DNA of 32,000 nucleotides from Okeania sp. (GTDB lineage: Bacteria; Cyanobacteriota; Cyanobacteriia; Cyanobacteriales; Microcoleaceae). How positions within the stretch are numbered: position 1 is the first letter of the stretch; every line of letters begins with the position of its first letter. The stretch is from assembly GCF_035285525.1 (NCBI RefSeq), contig NZ_JAYKGW010000061.1, positions 1 through 32,000 of the forward strand, given 5' to 3'. Both the position numbers and the translations under genes were made by a program. The notes below the pieces were generated by a model, which was not told the origin of the DNA, made no database searches, and worked only from the letters and a program-made list of their open reading frames with translations. Positions 16,555 through 26,227 of the stretch are shown one piece after another.

Positions 16555-16790
16555 AATTAGGGTTTGCTAATTAAATATCAAAGAATTGATTAGTAAAAGT
16601 TTAAGCAACTTTAGGTCAGAAAAAAGTACCAGCTTTTAGGTCTCTAAAGCACCGTTCCCGAAAAATCAAAAGTCACGACTTTAAAGAAACTAAAGGTAGA
16701 AAAATCGAAGAAAAATTATTTTTCCTACTGCTTCTATCTTCTCACCCTCCACGCACTTTCCACAATTCCCAGACTTCCCAAACCTGGAGA
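16555..16790. repeat. Right-truncated or degenerate copy of MITE family A
   Basis: Left TIR aattagggtttgcta plus the internal signature aaaaagtaccagcttttaggtctc, which is shared with 9655-9685 and 28908-28930. No right TIR was found. Confidence 0.45.
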
Positions 16791-16792
16791 CG

Positions 16793-19504
16793 TCAATTAA
16801 CCACTTCATTAACTGGAAAACGATCTATCAACTGCATTGCCCGACAAGCATTCCGTTGCAAAACATCAGATAAATGAGGCACATGAGGAATTTGAGACAA
16901 AAAATCCAAAGTCCGACGTAAAATCCGGACAACATCTCCCTCATCCAAACTTGTACTTGCCACCAACTCCTGCCATTCCACCCCCAGTGCCCACTGTTCC
17001 ACCAAACCAATTACATCTCGTTCCCACCAAACAGGTAAAGCTGCCCCATATCGATATTGAACCTGAATTAACTGTTGTCGTAAACCACGCAAACTAGCCA
17101 AAACTTCTTGTACCTCAACAGACAACTCATAACGAGTCCAACTATCAGGTCTACTAATCTCCGTCACCAAACCAGCACAAGCAGCAGCCAAATGATGAGG
17201 GTCAAGTAGTTCCAAAGCACCAGACATTAACGCTAAACCAAGCCATAATTCATTATCGCCCCTAATTGCAGCACAAGCTTGACCAATATTCGTCGGCTTA
17301 ACTCCATGCAGACAACCAAAATACTGCAAAATTTCAATTAAATTAAGAAACTCTTGCCAATGACGTGCCAATTTATCCTCCAAACTGGTTTGGCGGTCTT
17401 CTATTTCTTCCTTCAACATTTCCATCCGTCGCCAACCTTTTATTATAGTCCGAGGGTTTCCCCACTCCCTCAAAGGATGTTCCTCACTTTGGGCTTCTAC
17501 TATTACCACTTTCTGTATTTGTGCTAAAACTTCTGGAGGTTTTACTGGTAGACCTACTACTGGAATTTGTTGAGCCAAAGCTAGAGAAAATTCATCTCCT
17601 TTGCGACATTGCCCCAATCTCAAATCAATTTCCACAGGCAATTCCATATCATCCACAGCAATCAAACGTGGCAAATCTGCCTGTAAAGCCACAACATCCA
17701 TTGCTGCCACCACATACCACCGATTATCCCCTCCCAAACACAAGAAATAAAGAGATTGACCAGAACCAGGAATTTTTGCCACCAAGACCGCTGGTATTGG
17801 TTCTGAAGTAGATTTTTTAGCAGTAGGAACGTGCTTTCCTTTCAAACTAACTATAGTTCCCAAGACAGCAAAAGATAAAGATAAAGAAATTTCTCTAATC
17901 CTGGTTTCTTCTGCTTGCCTTTCCAAAATTTTCAGCAGTCGTTTTTCCTCCTTTAGTTTTTCCTGTAACTTTTCATAACTTGCCAGTAATTTTTCTAGAT
18001 TAATCCAATCATTCTCTTCATAAATTCCTAACTTATTCTCAACAGAAATCAATTCCTCTAACCTTTGGTCAATCACTTTTTGCTCTGGCAATAGAGATAG
18101 GGAAGATAAATACTGACCAAAACTGCGTTCTACTAAATCTTTTGCCTCCTCCAAAGTATGAGTTTGGAGTAAATTCAATACCATACCATAACTAGGAGTA
18201 AACTGACTTACTAGAGGATCGGCTCCCGCAGTTGCTAAATAAGCTGCCTCTTTAGCACCCTCAAACCTGGTTTGTACAGTTAAAACATAACCTTGATCAT
18301 CCATCCCTCGCCTTCCTGCCCTACCTGCCATTTGCAGAAATTCTGATGGTCTGAGGAGTCGGTGTCCATCATCTGTACGTTTCGAGAGACTGGAAATAAC
18401 TGTTGTGCGAGCTGGCATATTTATTCCTGCCGCTAAGGTTTCTGTGGCAAAGACTACTTTGATTAAGCCTTGCTGAAATAATTCTTCTACTAATGCTTTC
18501 CAGACGGGTAACATTCCAGCATGGTGAGCTGCTATGCCTCTGGTGAGAGGTTCTAATTGTTGAGACCTTGCTAAGTCTGGGTTGCGGTTGAGAAATTCTC
18601 GTATTAGGGTTTGTAGTCTAGCTACTTCTGTTTCGTTAACTAAGGTCAGATTATTTAGTTGTACTAATTCTGTTACTGCACGAGCGCATCCTCTACGGCT
18701 GAATATAAAGTAGATGGCTGGTAACATATCTCGTTCTTTGAGTTGAGACAAGACTGTTGATAAGGTCGGTTCTTGTTGTCTTTCGATTTTACCTCTGCCT
18801 GTTTGTCTAGTTTTAGACTTAAGTTGAGGATTAATTCTTTTTTGATTGTTATGAAGTAAGGGAAATAAACCTTTATTGTTGGAGAAGTTAAATTGCAGAG
18901 GGACTGGTCGAAAATCAGAGTAGATTAGTTCGGTAGAACCGTGTACTTTGGCAATCCAATCTGTGAGTTGGTCGCTGTTGGCTACTGTGGCTGAGAGGGC
19001 TAATAGTTGGATTTCTGATGGGCAGTAAATTATTGATTCTTCCCAGACTGTTCCTCTTTGGCGGTCGTTCATGTAGTGGCATTCGTCTAGAACTACTGCT
19101 TCTACTTTTTCTAGGGATGTGCCTATTTCTCCAATGGGAGTACCATACAACATATTGCGGAAAATTTCTGTGGTCATTACCAAGATTGGTGCTTCCCGGT
19201 TGACAGATGTATCTCCTGTTACTAGCCCTACTCTTTCTGTCCCAAATAAGTTGCGGAAATCCCGTAATTTTTGGTTAGACAGGGCTTTTAGGGGTGTGGT
19301 ATAAAATACTCGTTGCCCACGACTTAGGGCGCGGTAGATGGCATATTCTCCAATTAGGGTTTTGCCTGAGCCTGTGGGGGCACAAACAACTACTGATTTT
19401 CCAGCGTTAAGGGCGGCGATCGCCTGTTTCTGGAAGTTGTCTAATTGAAATGGAAATAAGGTCTTCAGATCCAACTCTCGGTTGTTCTGGGTTGAGTATG
19501 ACAC
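16793..19504 (-). CDS. Ski2-like DExH-box (superfamily 2) RNA helicase, HelY/DSHCT type
   Basis: 903-aa ORF with motif I APTGSGKT, motif II DECH, SAT, HHAGMLP, TETLAAGINMPA and QMAGRAGRRG, plus a long C-terminal region ending in a DSHCT-like EGDVVRILRRTLDFLSQI. Confidence 0.9.
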   Translation of the reverse strand: MSYSTQNNRELDLKTLFPFQLDNFQKQAIAALNAGKSVVVCAPTGSGKTLIGEYAIYRALSRGQRVFYTTPLKALSNQKLRDFRNLFGTERVGLVTGDTSVNREAPILVMTTEIFRNMLYGTPIGEIGTSLEKVEAVVLDECHYMNDRQRGTVWEESIIYCPSEIQLLALSATVANSDQLTDWIAKVHGSTELIYSDFRPVPLQFNFSNNKGLFPLLHNNQKRINPQLKSKTRQTGRGKIERQQEPTLSTVLSQLKERDMLPAIYFIFSRRGCARAVTELVQLNNLTLVNETEVARLQTLIREFLNRNPDLARSQQLEPLTRGIAAHHAGMLPVWKALVEELFQQGLIKVVFATETLAAGINMPARTTVISSLSKRTDDGHRLLRPSEFLQMAGRAGRRGMDDQGYVLTVQTRFEGAKEAAYLATAGADPLVSQFTPSYGMVLNLLQTHTLEEAKDLVERSFGQYLSSLSLLPEQKVIDQRLEELISVENKLGIYEENDWINLEKLLASYEKLQEKLKEEKRLLKILERQAEETRIREISLSLSFAVLGTIVSLKGKHVPTAKKSTSEPIPAVLVAKIPGSGQSLYFLCLGGDNRWYVVAAMDVVALQADLPRLIAVDDMELPVEIDLRLGQCRKGDEFSLALAQQIPVVGLPVKPPEVLAQIQKVVIVEAQSEEHPLREWGNPRTIIKGWRRMEMLKEEIEDRQTSLEDKLARHWQEFLNLIEILQYFGCLHGVKPTNIGQACAAIRGDNELWLGLALMSGALELLDPHHLAAACAGLVTEISRPDSWTRYELSVEVQEVLASLRGLRQQLIQVQYRYGAALPVWWERDVIGLVEQWALGVEWQELVASTSLDEGDVVRILRRTLDFLSQIPHVPHLSDVLQRNACRAMQLIDRFPVNEVVN

Positions 19505-19680
19505 TAAAATTTATTTTCTTGACTTTACAGAGGTTATGTGATAAAGTCTAACTCCTGCTTTTCATCAGGAGGTATAGACTTTAATATTTTATTTTAACTA
19601 TATATTTCAAAGGTTTTAAGTTTGAAGCCACTAGACGATACAAGACGTCAACATTCAGCACTCAGTTATAAGTAATCAGA

Positions 19681-20246
19681 AGAGTGCTTTTTCTCAAATA
19701 TTTTTGAGCGCCAATGTTAAATAGGGTTTGTTGAAAAAACCAGAGTGTTAGAAGTGTAGAAAGATTGAATCTTGTTTGCTAAAAATTCTAACTGTTTGAG
19801 AATGAAGCAGCTCAAAACTAGCTACTTTTTCAATACCTAACAAAACTCAAATATTTATCTATATATTTTTAAGTAGCCCTGACTTTGAGGAACTTCTTAG
19901 TTGAAAGAGGAAACAGGTAGGTAATAGGGAACAGGAAAAAATAATTAATTATTTCTGGAGAAGAGTGCTTTTTCTCAAATATTTTTGAGCGCCAATCTTA
20001 AATAGGGTTTGCTGAAAAAACCAGAGTGTTAGAAGTGTAGAAAGATTGAATCTTGTTTGCTAAAAATTCTAACTTTTTGAGAATGAAGCAGCTCAAAACT
20101 AGCTACTTTTTCAATACCTAACAAAACTCAAATATTTATCTATAAAAATGTTTTTAAGTAGTCCTGACTTTGAGGAACTTCTTAGTTGAAAGAGGAAACA
20201 GGTAGGTAATAGGGAACAGGAAAAAAGAATTAATTATTTCTGGATA
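19681..20246. repeat. Tandem duplication of a 281-bp unit (2 copies) in the helicase-psaK intergenic region
   Basis: agagtgctttttctcaaatatttttgagcgcc starts at 19681 and 19962. The two units differ at only a handful of positions. Confidence 0.9.
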
Positions 20247-20272
20247 ATATTGGAGATGTACAATACTAATTA

Positions 20273-20312
20273 CTGATAGCTGATAGCTGATAGCTGATAG
20301 CTGAATGCTTAC
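20273..20312. repeat. Heptamer array (ctgatag x4) ending in gaatgcttac
   Basis: ctgatagctgatagctgatagctgatagctgaatgcttac read directly. Confidence 0.85.
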
Positions 20313-20517
20313 CTTATTTTTAATCAGCAAAACAATCAATATGTCAGAGTACACTGCTATATTTTCGATTTTTTGAGACGTTTATTAATAAGTTAGTCTT
20401 AATTTCTTCTAAAATTTGTAAAGAATTATTGCTAAGTCTTACTAAGAAAAAAAAAGGCACAATTTTTTGGTATAAAGATGCCACTGAGGTTTTCAATTTA
20501 CACATATAAAGGAAAAA

Positions 20518-20778
20518 ATGCTTTACTCAACTTTATTAACACTTGGCCCTAATACTTTTAGCTGGAGTCCAAAAATTGCTCTAATAATGATCGTCTGCAA
20601 TATTGTAGCGATCGCTTTTGCTAAGTTCACAGTTAAATATCCTAGCGTTGGGCCAGCTATGCCTAGCTCCAACTTGTTTGGTGGTTTTGGGGTAGCTGGT
20701 GTTTTAGCAACTACAAGCTTCGGTCATATTTTAGGTGCAGGTGTGATCCTTGGTTTGGCAAATTTAGGTAGTCTGTAG
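20518..20778 (+). CDS. psaK: Photosystem I reaction centre subunit PsaK
   Basis: 86-aa ORF with two TM helices. ...IMIVCNIVAIAFAK...GP.MP....FGGFG....LATTSFGHILGAGVILGL matches the PsaK signature. Confidence 0.9.
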   Translation: MLYSTLLTLGPNTFSWSPKIALIMIVCNIVAIAFAKFTVKYPSVGPAMPSSNLFGGFGVAGVLATTSFGHILGAGVILGLANLGSL

Positions 20779-20823
20779 ATTATTTAGACAAATCAAATCA
20801 ATAATTTAACTTACATTGTTTTT

Positions 20824-20858
20824 AGGTAACTTCTTTCAAGTTACCTTATTTGTTTATT
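20824..20858 (+). terminator. Rho-independent terminator after psaK
   Basis: 9-bp stem aggtaactt (20824-20832) / aagttacct (20838-20846), 5-nt loop, then the T-rich tatttgtttatt. Confidence 0.6.
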
Positions 20859-20887
20859 AGTATTGTACAATAGTTGAGGAAAAAATC

Positions 20888-21367
20888 ATGGGTACTAAAG
20901 AAGCATCTCTTTTATTAGGTTTCTCCCGTAAACGTCTTCTAGATTTATTAGCTGAAGGAAGAGTAAAAGGAGCTTATAAAAATGGTAGATTCTGGGAAAT
21001 ACCAGTTTATGAGGATGAAATGCCTATAATAATTCCGGGTCGGCGCGGTCCGAAAGGTAAGTGGCGGACAAAAAAATCTACTAAACCAACAATGATTCAT
21101 GTTAATCAAAGCAAAATTAAAGGTAATATCGGTAAGCCTCCAGCAAAGCTAGAACCTGTTCTTTCAGTTAAGGACGGTGATCGTAATGATTATGGTTATC
21201 AATTAAATATTACAGGTCCTTGCCAAATCATATATCGACCTTACAAACCGACAGCTTGTGGCGCTCGCTTGTGGATTAATACTTATGAGCGAGTGGAATT
21301 TATAGATACTCAGTTTAATCCGGTTACTGCTAGGCAGCCTAGCAAAAAAATATATAGGGTTGGCTGA
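20888..21367 (+). CDS. Helix-turn-helix (excisionase/MerR-like HTH) domain protein, a cyanobacterial family
   Basis: 159-aa ORF. The N-terminal TKEASLLLGFSRKRLLDLLAEGRVKGAYKNGRFWEIP looks like an excisionase-type HTH, followed by GRRGPKGKW and a C-terminal GP...Y.P..P..CGA..WI.T domain seen in multi-copy cyanobacterial proteins. The family call is from memory. Confidence 0.7.
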   Translation: MGTKEASLLLGFSRKRLLDLLAEGRVKGAYKNGRFWEIPVYEDEMPIIIPGRRGPKGKWRTKKSTKPTMIHVNQSKIKGNIGKPPAKLEPVLSVKDGDRNDYGYQLNITGPCQIIYRPYKPTACGARLWINTYERVEFIDTQFNPVTARQPSKKIYRVG

Positions 21368-21609
21368 AAAAGTTTTTTACTTGAGGTGAGGAGCCAGAAT
21401 TGGTGAATCCAGAATCCGTATGGGAATAAGAATCATAGAAGAGGTAGCCAGAAGAATCTTACTCTAATTTTTGACCCCTATCTTGTCTTGCCCAAAATCC
21501 TAGATTTTTAAGCTGGAATCACCTAAGAGCTGGTACTTTATTAGTATCTATAAATGCTGAAAGCAGTGCCCGTCAACACTTTGATAAATAATTCAGTCAG
21601 CCCTATATA
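21351..21609 (-). mobile_element. 259-bp MITE-like element, a family A variant (TIRs tatatagggttggctga / tcagtcagccctatata), inverted relative to 28840-29106
   Basis: TIRs read directly. The interior shares attttgggMaagacaag...aaaaatta...attcttMc and aaagtaccWgSt signatures with 28840-29106 in reverse orientation. Confidence 0.7.
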
Positions 21610-22244
21610 TATAGATACTTAGGATCATCAAAAAAGAATATTTATTCCCTAGAAAATTTTAACTGACAATAACTTCAGCCAATTTGTGCTGTTTACTTAT
21701 AGAAAAATTGCAGTGTATTTATTAGGGTTTAAAAATTTTCCCTTAATTTTGAAATCTCTTCATACAATACAACACTTATCGTTGCTCTGAGTTACAAGAA
21801 ATAGAATTTTGACAAGGTAAAATTTTTTGCTTATTTTCTATCTCCCCATCTGCCTAATACCAATTTCACAAAAGAATGATACAAAAAAGTTTTTCTTAAT
21901 CAGATATACTTAAAAATGGCTGCCATAATTTATTTTAGGTAGATTTATCTATTATATTTATCCTTTTTTATATTTTTCCATATTCTTCTTTCCTTCTTTT
22001 TCTTTGTTTATACCATCGGAAACTTTAGAAACTTTTCTGTTTTCTCTTTACTATTTTCCTCCTCCAGTCTAAATTTTTACCAAGACTTACACCAAGGTAC
22101 TATTTATAGAGTTAAAAAACTATTGTGCAATAGTTATAGACGCTACATATAGCGTATATGCCTAATTTGTAATTACTATTTTGAGTTGACAGAAATAATA
22201 ATGTTTGAAGTGGAAATATTTTATCAAATTCATATTAGCCAACT

Positions 22245-23264
22245 ATGATTAAAGCTACTAATCAAATTCTCCCTTTCCAAGCTTTAGCTCTTCAAATCAA
22301 AGCTGAGGTAGTAAATCAGGCCAATGACCGCCAAGAAGCGCGAGGGATGATTGAACAAAAGATCGACCGGATTGCTCAACAAATAGCTGCCAGTAAGGCA
22401 TTTATTGGGTCAAACTGTAAATTAGTGCTATTACCAGAATATTTCCTGACAAGTTTCCCAATGGCAGAGTCTTTAACAACTTGGGCAAAAAAAGCTTGTT
22501 TAGAAATGACAGACCCCATCTACGATCGCTTAGGAGAAATTGCTCAAAGAAATAATATTTTTCTGGCAGGTAATGCTTACGAACTTGATCCTAACTTTCC
22601 CAAACTATATTTTCAAAATTGCTTTGTTTTTGACCCTAGTGGCAATATGGTATTACGCTACCGCCGTCTCAACTGGATGTTTGCTCCTACTCCCCATGAT
22701 GTTTGGGATAAATATCTTGATTGTTATGGTTTAGAAGGTGTATTTCCTGTTGCCAAAACAGCGATCAGTAATCTTGCTGCTGTTGCCTCTGATGAAATTT
22801 TATTCCCAGAAGTGACCCGATGTTTAGGGATGCGGGGAGCAGAAATTTTACTTCATCCGACCTCGGAAATTTATGGGCAAGCTAGATCGCCAAAAGAAGC
22901 TGCTAAAGTTTCCCGCCCTGTGGAAAATATGATGTATGTTATTTCTGCTAATACTGCTGGTATTGTTAATACTTCTATTCCTGAAGTTTCTGTTGATGGA
23001 GGTTCCAAAATTCTTGACTATCGAGGTTTAATATTAGCAGAAACTGGGCAAGGAGAAAGTATGGCAGCTTATGCAGAAATTGATATTACTGTTCTGCGTC
23101 AGTATCGCCGTCAAGTGGGAATGAAAAATTTGTTAGCTAGACAACGGTGGGATGCTTATACAGAAAGTTATAGTCAGTTTTATGGTTATCCAGCTAATAG
23201 TATGGATAGTAAAGTTGTGGAACGAAAACATTTTATTGAAACTCAACGTGCCACTATTGAATAG
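22245..23264 (+). CDS. Carbon-nitrogen hydrolase (nitrilase superfamily), aliphatic-amidase/formamidase-like, with non-canonical catalytic residues
   Basis: 339-aa ORF. LVLLPEYFL (Glu), YRRLNWMFAP...HDVW and AAVASDEILFPEV...GAEILLHP align by eye with the AmiE-type blocks VVFPEY, YRKIIPWCPIEGW and LIICDDGNYPE...GAELIV. Confidence 0.8.
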   Translation: MIKATNQILPFQALALQIKAEVVNQANDRQEARGMIEQKIDRIAQQIAASKAFIGSNCKLVLLPEYFLTSFPMAESLTTWAKKACLEMTDPIYDRLGEIAQRNNIFLAGNAYELDPNFPKLYFQNCFVFDPSGNMVLRYRRLNWMFAPTPHDVWDKYLDCYGLEGVFPVAKTAISNLAAVASDEILFPEVTRCLGMRGAEILLHPTSEIYGQARSPKEAAKVSRPVENMMYVISANTAGIVNTSIPEVSVDGGSKILDYRGLILAETGQGESMAAYAEIDITVLRQYRRQVGMKNLLARQRWDAYTESYSQFYGYPANSMDSKVVERKHFIETQRATIE

Positions 23265-23707
23265 TTAGTAAAAAAAGATATTATATAAAATTTAGGGAGT
23301 AGGGAGTAGGGATTAGTTAAGAGCGAGGATAAGATGACACGCAAATTCACTATAGTTGATAAATGATCGAAAATTTTCTCTGAATAATTTAGAGAAAAAA
23401 TCTATTGAAAATCTTTGGTAAATCACCCAAAACTTCATCAGACAATTTTATCTTCTTTCCAGTTATTTGAAAATATTTAAGTGACTATTAAAGTTTTGAC
23501 ACTCTAGTTAAATATCAGACTTTCCCCAACTTTTTCAATATCGAATTTTTCCCGAAATAACTTAGGATTGCTATCTCATCTTTGCAGTTATTTAAAAATT
23601 GATAGAATATGCTTCTAATACTCAAAATTTTAAGCACTCAGTTATTAGCATTCCCCAGGAAATGCTTACTTAAAATTTACTAAATCAAAAAAAGAAAAGA
23701 ATCATTT

Positions 23708-25122
23708 ATGGTTAATCAAATTGAAGTGCCCAATCCACATTCTGGCAAAATAGATTATTTCATTAATCCTCCAAGAACAGCATAAATTATTGCCAAATAT
23801 ATCAATTTACGCCAGACACAAATTGAGTGGCAAAAGTTAGAAATAGAAAGACGAGTTGAGGTAATTCAAAAATCGAAGAAAGCAATTTTATCCAACCCCA
23901 AAAAATTAACATTAGCATTAGTAAATGATACAGGTAGACTGATAGAATCAAGAATAGAAATTGAATCTGTAATTAATAATATAGATAGATGGTGTAACTT
24001 AGTGCCAGAACTATTAGTAAATGGAGAAATAAAAACTACAACTATTCCATTTATTCAACTAAAAAATAAGTTAATTCCTGATCAGTTAGTTGGTATAATT
24101 AGCCCCTGGAATTTCCCGCTATTGTTATCTTTAATAGATGCAATACCATCTCTAATTGCTGGTTGTGCTGTCATAGTTAAACCAAGTGAAATTGTTCCTA
24201 GATTTATTCAACCTTTATTAGAAACTATTGCTACTGTTCCCTTGTTAAATGACATTTTTACTTATATTGAAGGAGCTGGAGAAACTGGTGCAAATTTAAT
24301 AGAATATGTAGATTTTATTTGTTTTACTGGTAGGGTTGCTACAGGTAAAAAACTTGCCGAATCAGCAGCCAAAAATTTTATTCCAGCTTCTTTATAATAG
24401 GGATAAAAAATCAAGAAATAGTTCTTACTTTCGCAGATTTAGAGTTAGCAACATCGGCACTTTTATGGGGTTCTGTCCTTAATGCACGGCAGTCATATTT
24501 ATCAATTGAACGTGTTTATGTCGCCCAATCAATTTTCACAGATTTTATTACTAAATTTACTACAAAAGCTAAAGGTTTGAAGTTAAATTATCCCCATATT
24601 GAATATGGAGAAATAAGACCAATTATTTCACTTAAACAGGCAGATATTATTACTGAACATTTACAAGATGCAGTGAGCAAAGGTGCAGTTATTCATTGTG
24701 GAGGAAATGTAGAAAAACTAGATGGTGGTTTCTGATGTTTACCTACGGTTTTAAGCGAGGTAAATCATAGCATGAAAATAATGACTGAAGAAACTTTTAG
24801 GTCAGTAATACCAGTGATGTCTTTTGCCACTATTGAAGAAGCAGTTAGGTTAGCAAATGATACAATTTATGGTTTAAGTACTACTGTATTTGCAGATTCC
24901 GAAACTAAAGCTTTAGAAATTTCTAATCAGATAAATGCTGGTGGAATTAGTATTAATGATGCAGGTTTAACTGCATTAATAAATGAAGGAGAAAAAAATT
25001 CTTTTAAGTTTTCCCGTTTAGGTAATTCTCGGATGGGTGCTGATGGTATAAAAAGATTTTTACGGAAAAAAGCTATCTTGAGTAAAGTAAATTCTGCTCC
25101 TAATCCTTGGTGGTTTGATTGA
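23708..25122 (+). pseudogene. Aldehyde dehydrogenase family pseudogene
   Basis: ALDH blocks can be read (ISPWNFPL, VIVKPSE, FTG...GKK, EETF..V.PV..F....EA..LAND..YGLS..VF). However, there is an in-frame TAA at 23783, TAA/TAG stops plus a frameshift at about 24398-24412 where ELGGK should be, a TGA at 24733, and the catalytic Cys codon is TAT (24496-24498). Confidence 0.9.
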
Positions 25123-25453
25123 AAGAAGAAAGAAGGCAGAAGGCAGAAGGAAAGAAAAGTTGATTATGGCAGAAAGTTTTTTTTGTAAGCATTCAGCCAT
25201 CAGCTATCAGAAGAGCGCTTCTAGTTTTTGAATAGAAGCTTTATTATTCAGAGATTTCATTTTACTATAAAAGCTAATTTTCAATGTTTTTATTCTTTTA
25301 AATATCTTCCTTAAACTTGAGGTTTTTGTTGCTAATGGCTAACAGCTAATAGCTGAATGCTTAAGTTTTTTGATCACTGATTATCCCGACATGATATAAT
25401 CAGCTCTTATGCATTAGAAACGCAATTTCAAAGTTTGAGATTGCTATCCCGAC

Positions 25454-25594
25454 GGACTGCTTCGCATTTCCTGAGGTCATGCTGCGCTTTCCATGTCGCG
25501 GAGCGTTAACGCCCGTTATGCGAAGCGCAAAACGCTGTCCCTTGCGCTGCGAGTCGCGCAATGACAAAAATACGTTACGCCTGCGTAAGTCCTG
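25454..25594. repeat. Dispersed element family E (ggacttacgca-type inverted termini) with a GC-rich structured interior
   Basis: The right end is ctgcgtaagtcctg and the degenerate left end is ggactgcttcgca. The interior gctgcgctttccatgtcgcggagcg...ttgcgctgcgagtcgcgcaa is related to 28350-28505. Confidence 0.65.
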
Positions 25595-26227
25595 ATAATA
25601 AAGGATTGATACTAATTACCAAAAGTAACGCAATGTGCAACTTTTCCTGATTTACTAAATTTAGGGAGTTCTGAAAATAGCCTTTTCAACTTATGGCGAT
25701 AAGCCGTTATATTTTTGTAGAAACTTGCACACCTAAAAATAATGCCATACTTCAGCCATACTTTAACAGTCAATAGTTACCAAGATTAAAAGTCTGTTTT
25801 TGACAATTAAATTATTAGTTAGTTAGTAATTATTTTTCCTACTTTTCCTCTCCCCATACCTCCCACACTTCCCCACCAAATCAGATACAGCATTCATGCA
25901 TGAGAAATGGCATTAGACGTTAGAAGCTTTATCAAGAAAAGTAGTAGACTGTATCTGAACCTAGCCAACCGCGATCGCCATTTCTTACTTAACAGAGAAT
26001 AGCCGTTTTGTCAACTTATTTAATTGATGACACGCCCTAAGAAATGAGGATTTATTAACTTCCATATTTCCTGCACAGGAAAATTTCAGTGCGGTACTCT
26101 TAATAACCAATATTTGTGGATCATATTTTATCCTCATTCCTAACTTTTTAAATCTGAATCTACCTAAAAGGTAGCACTTTTTTAGACTCAAAAAGCCTAA
26201 AATTCTAACTGTAAATAATTACTAGAT

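Noticed and set aside
16828-19304. Five short ORFs inside or antisense to the helicase gene (16828..17010, 16837..17097, 17521..17811, 19018..19203, 19119..19304)
   Set aside because: All lie within the 903-aa helicase ORF, which has complete SF2 motifs. They have Pro/Leu-rich shadow-frame composition.
26159-26185. Hairpin ctacct-aaa-aggtag followed by cactttttt as a terminator
   Set aside because: The stem is short (6 bp) and AT-containing, no plus-strand gene ends nearby, and on the minus strand (downstream of the 196-aa ORF) it lacks a U-tract.
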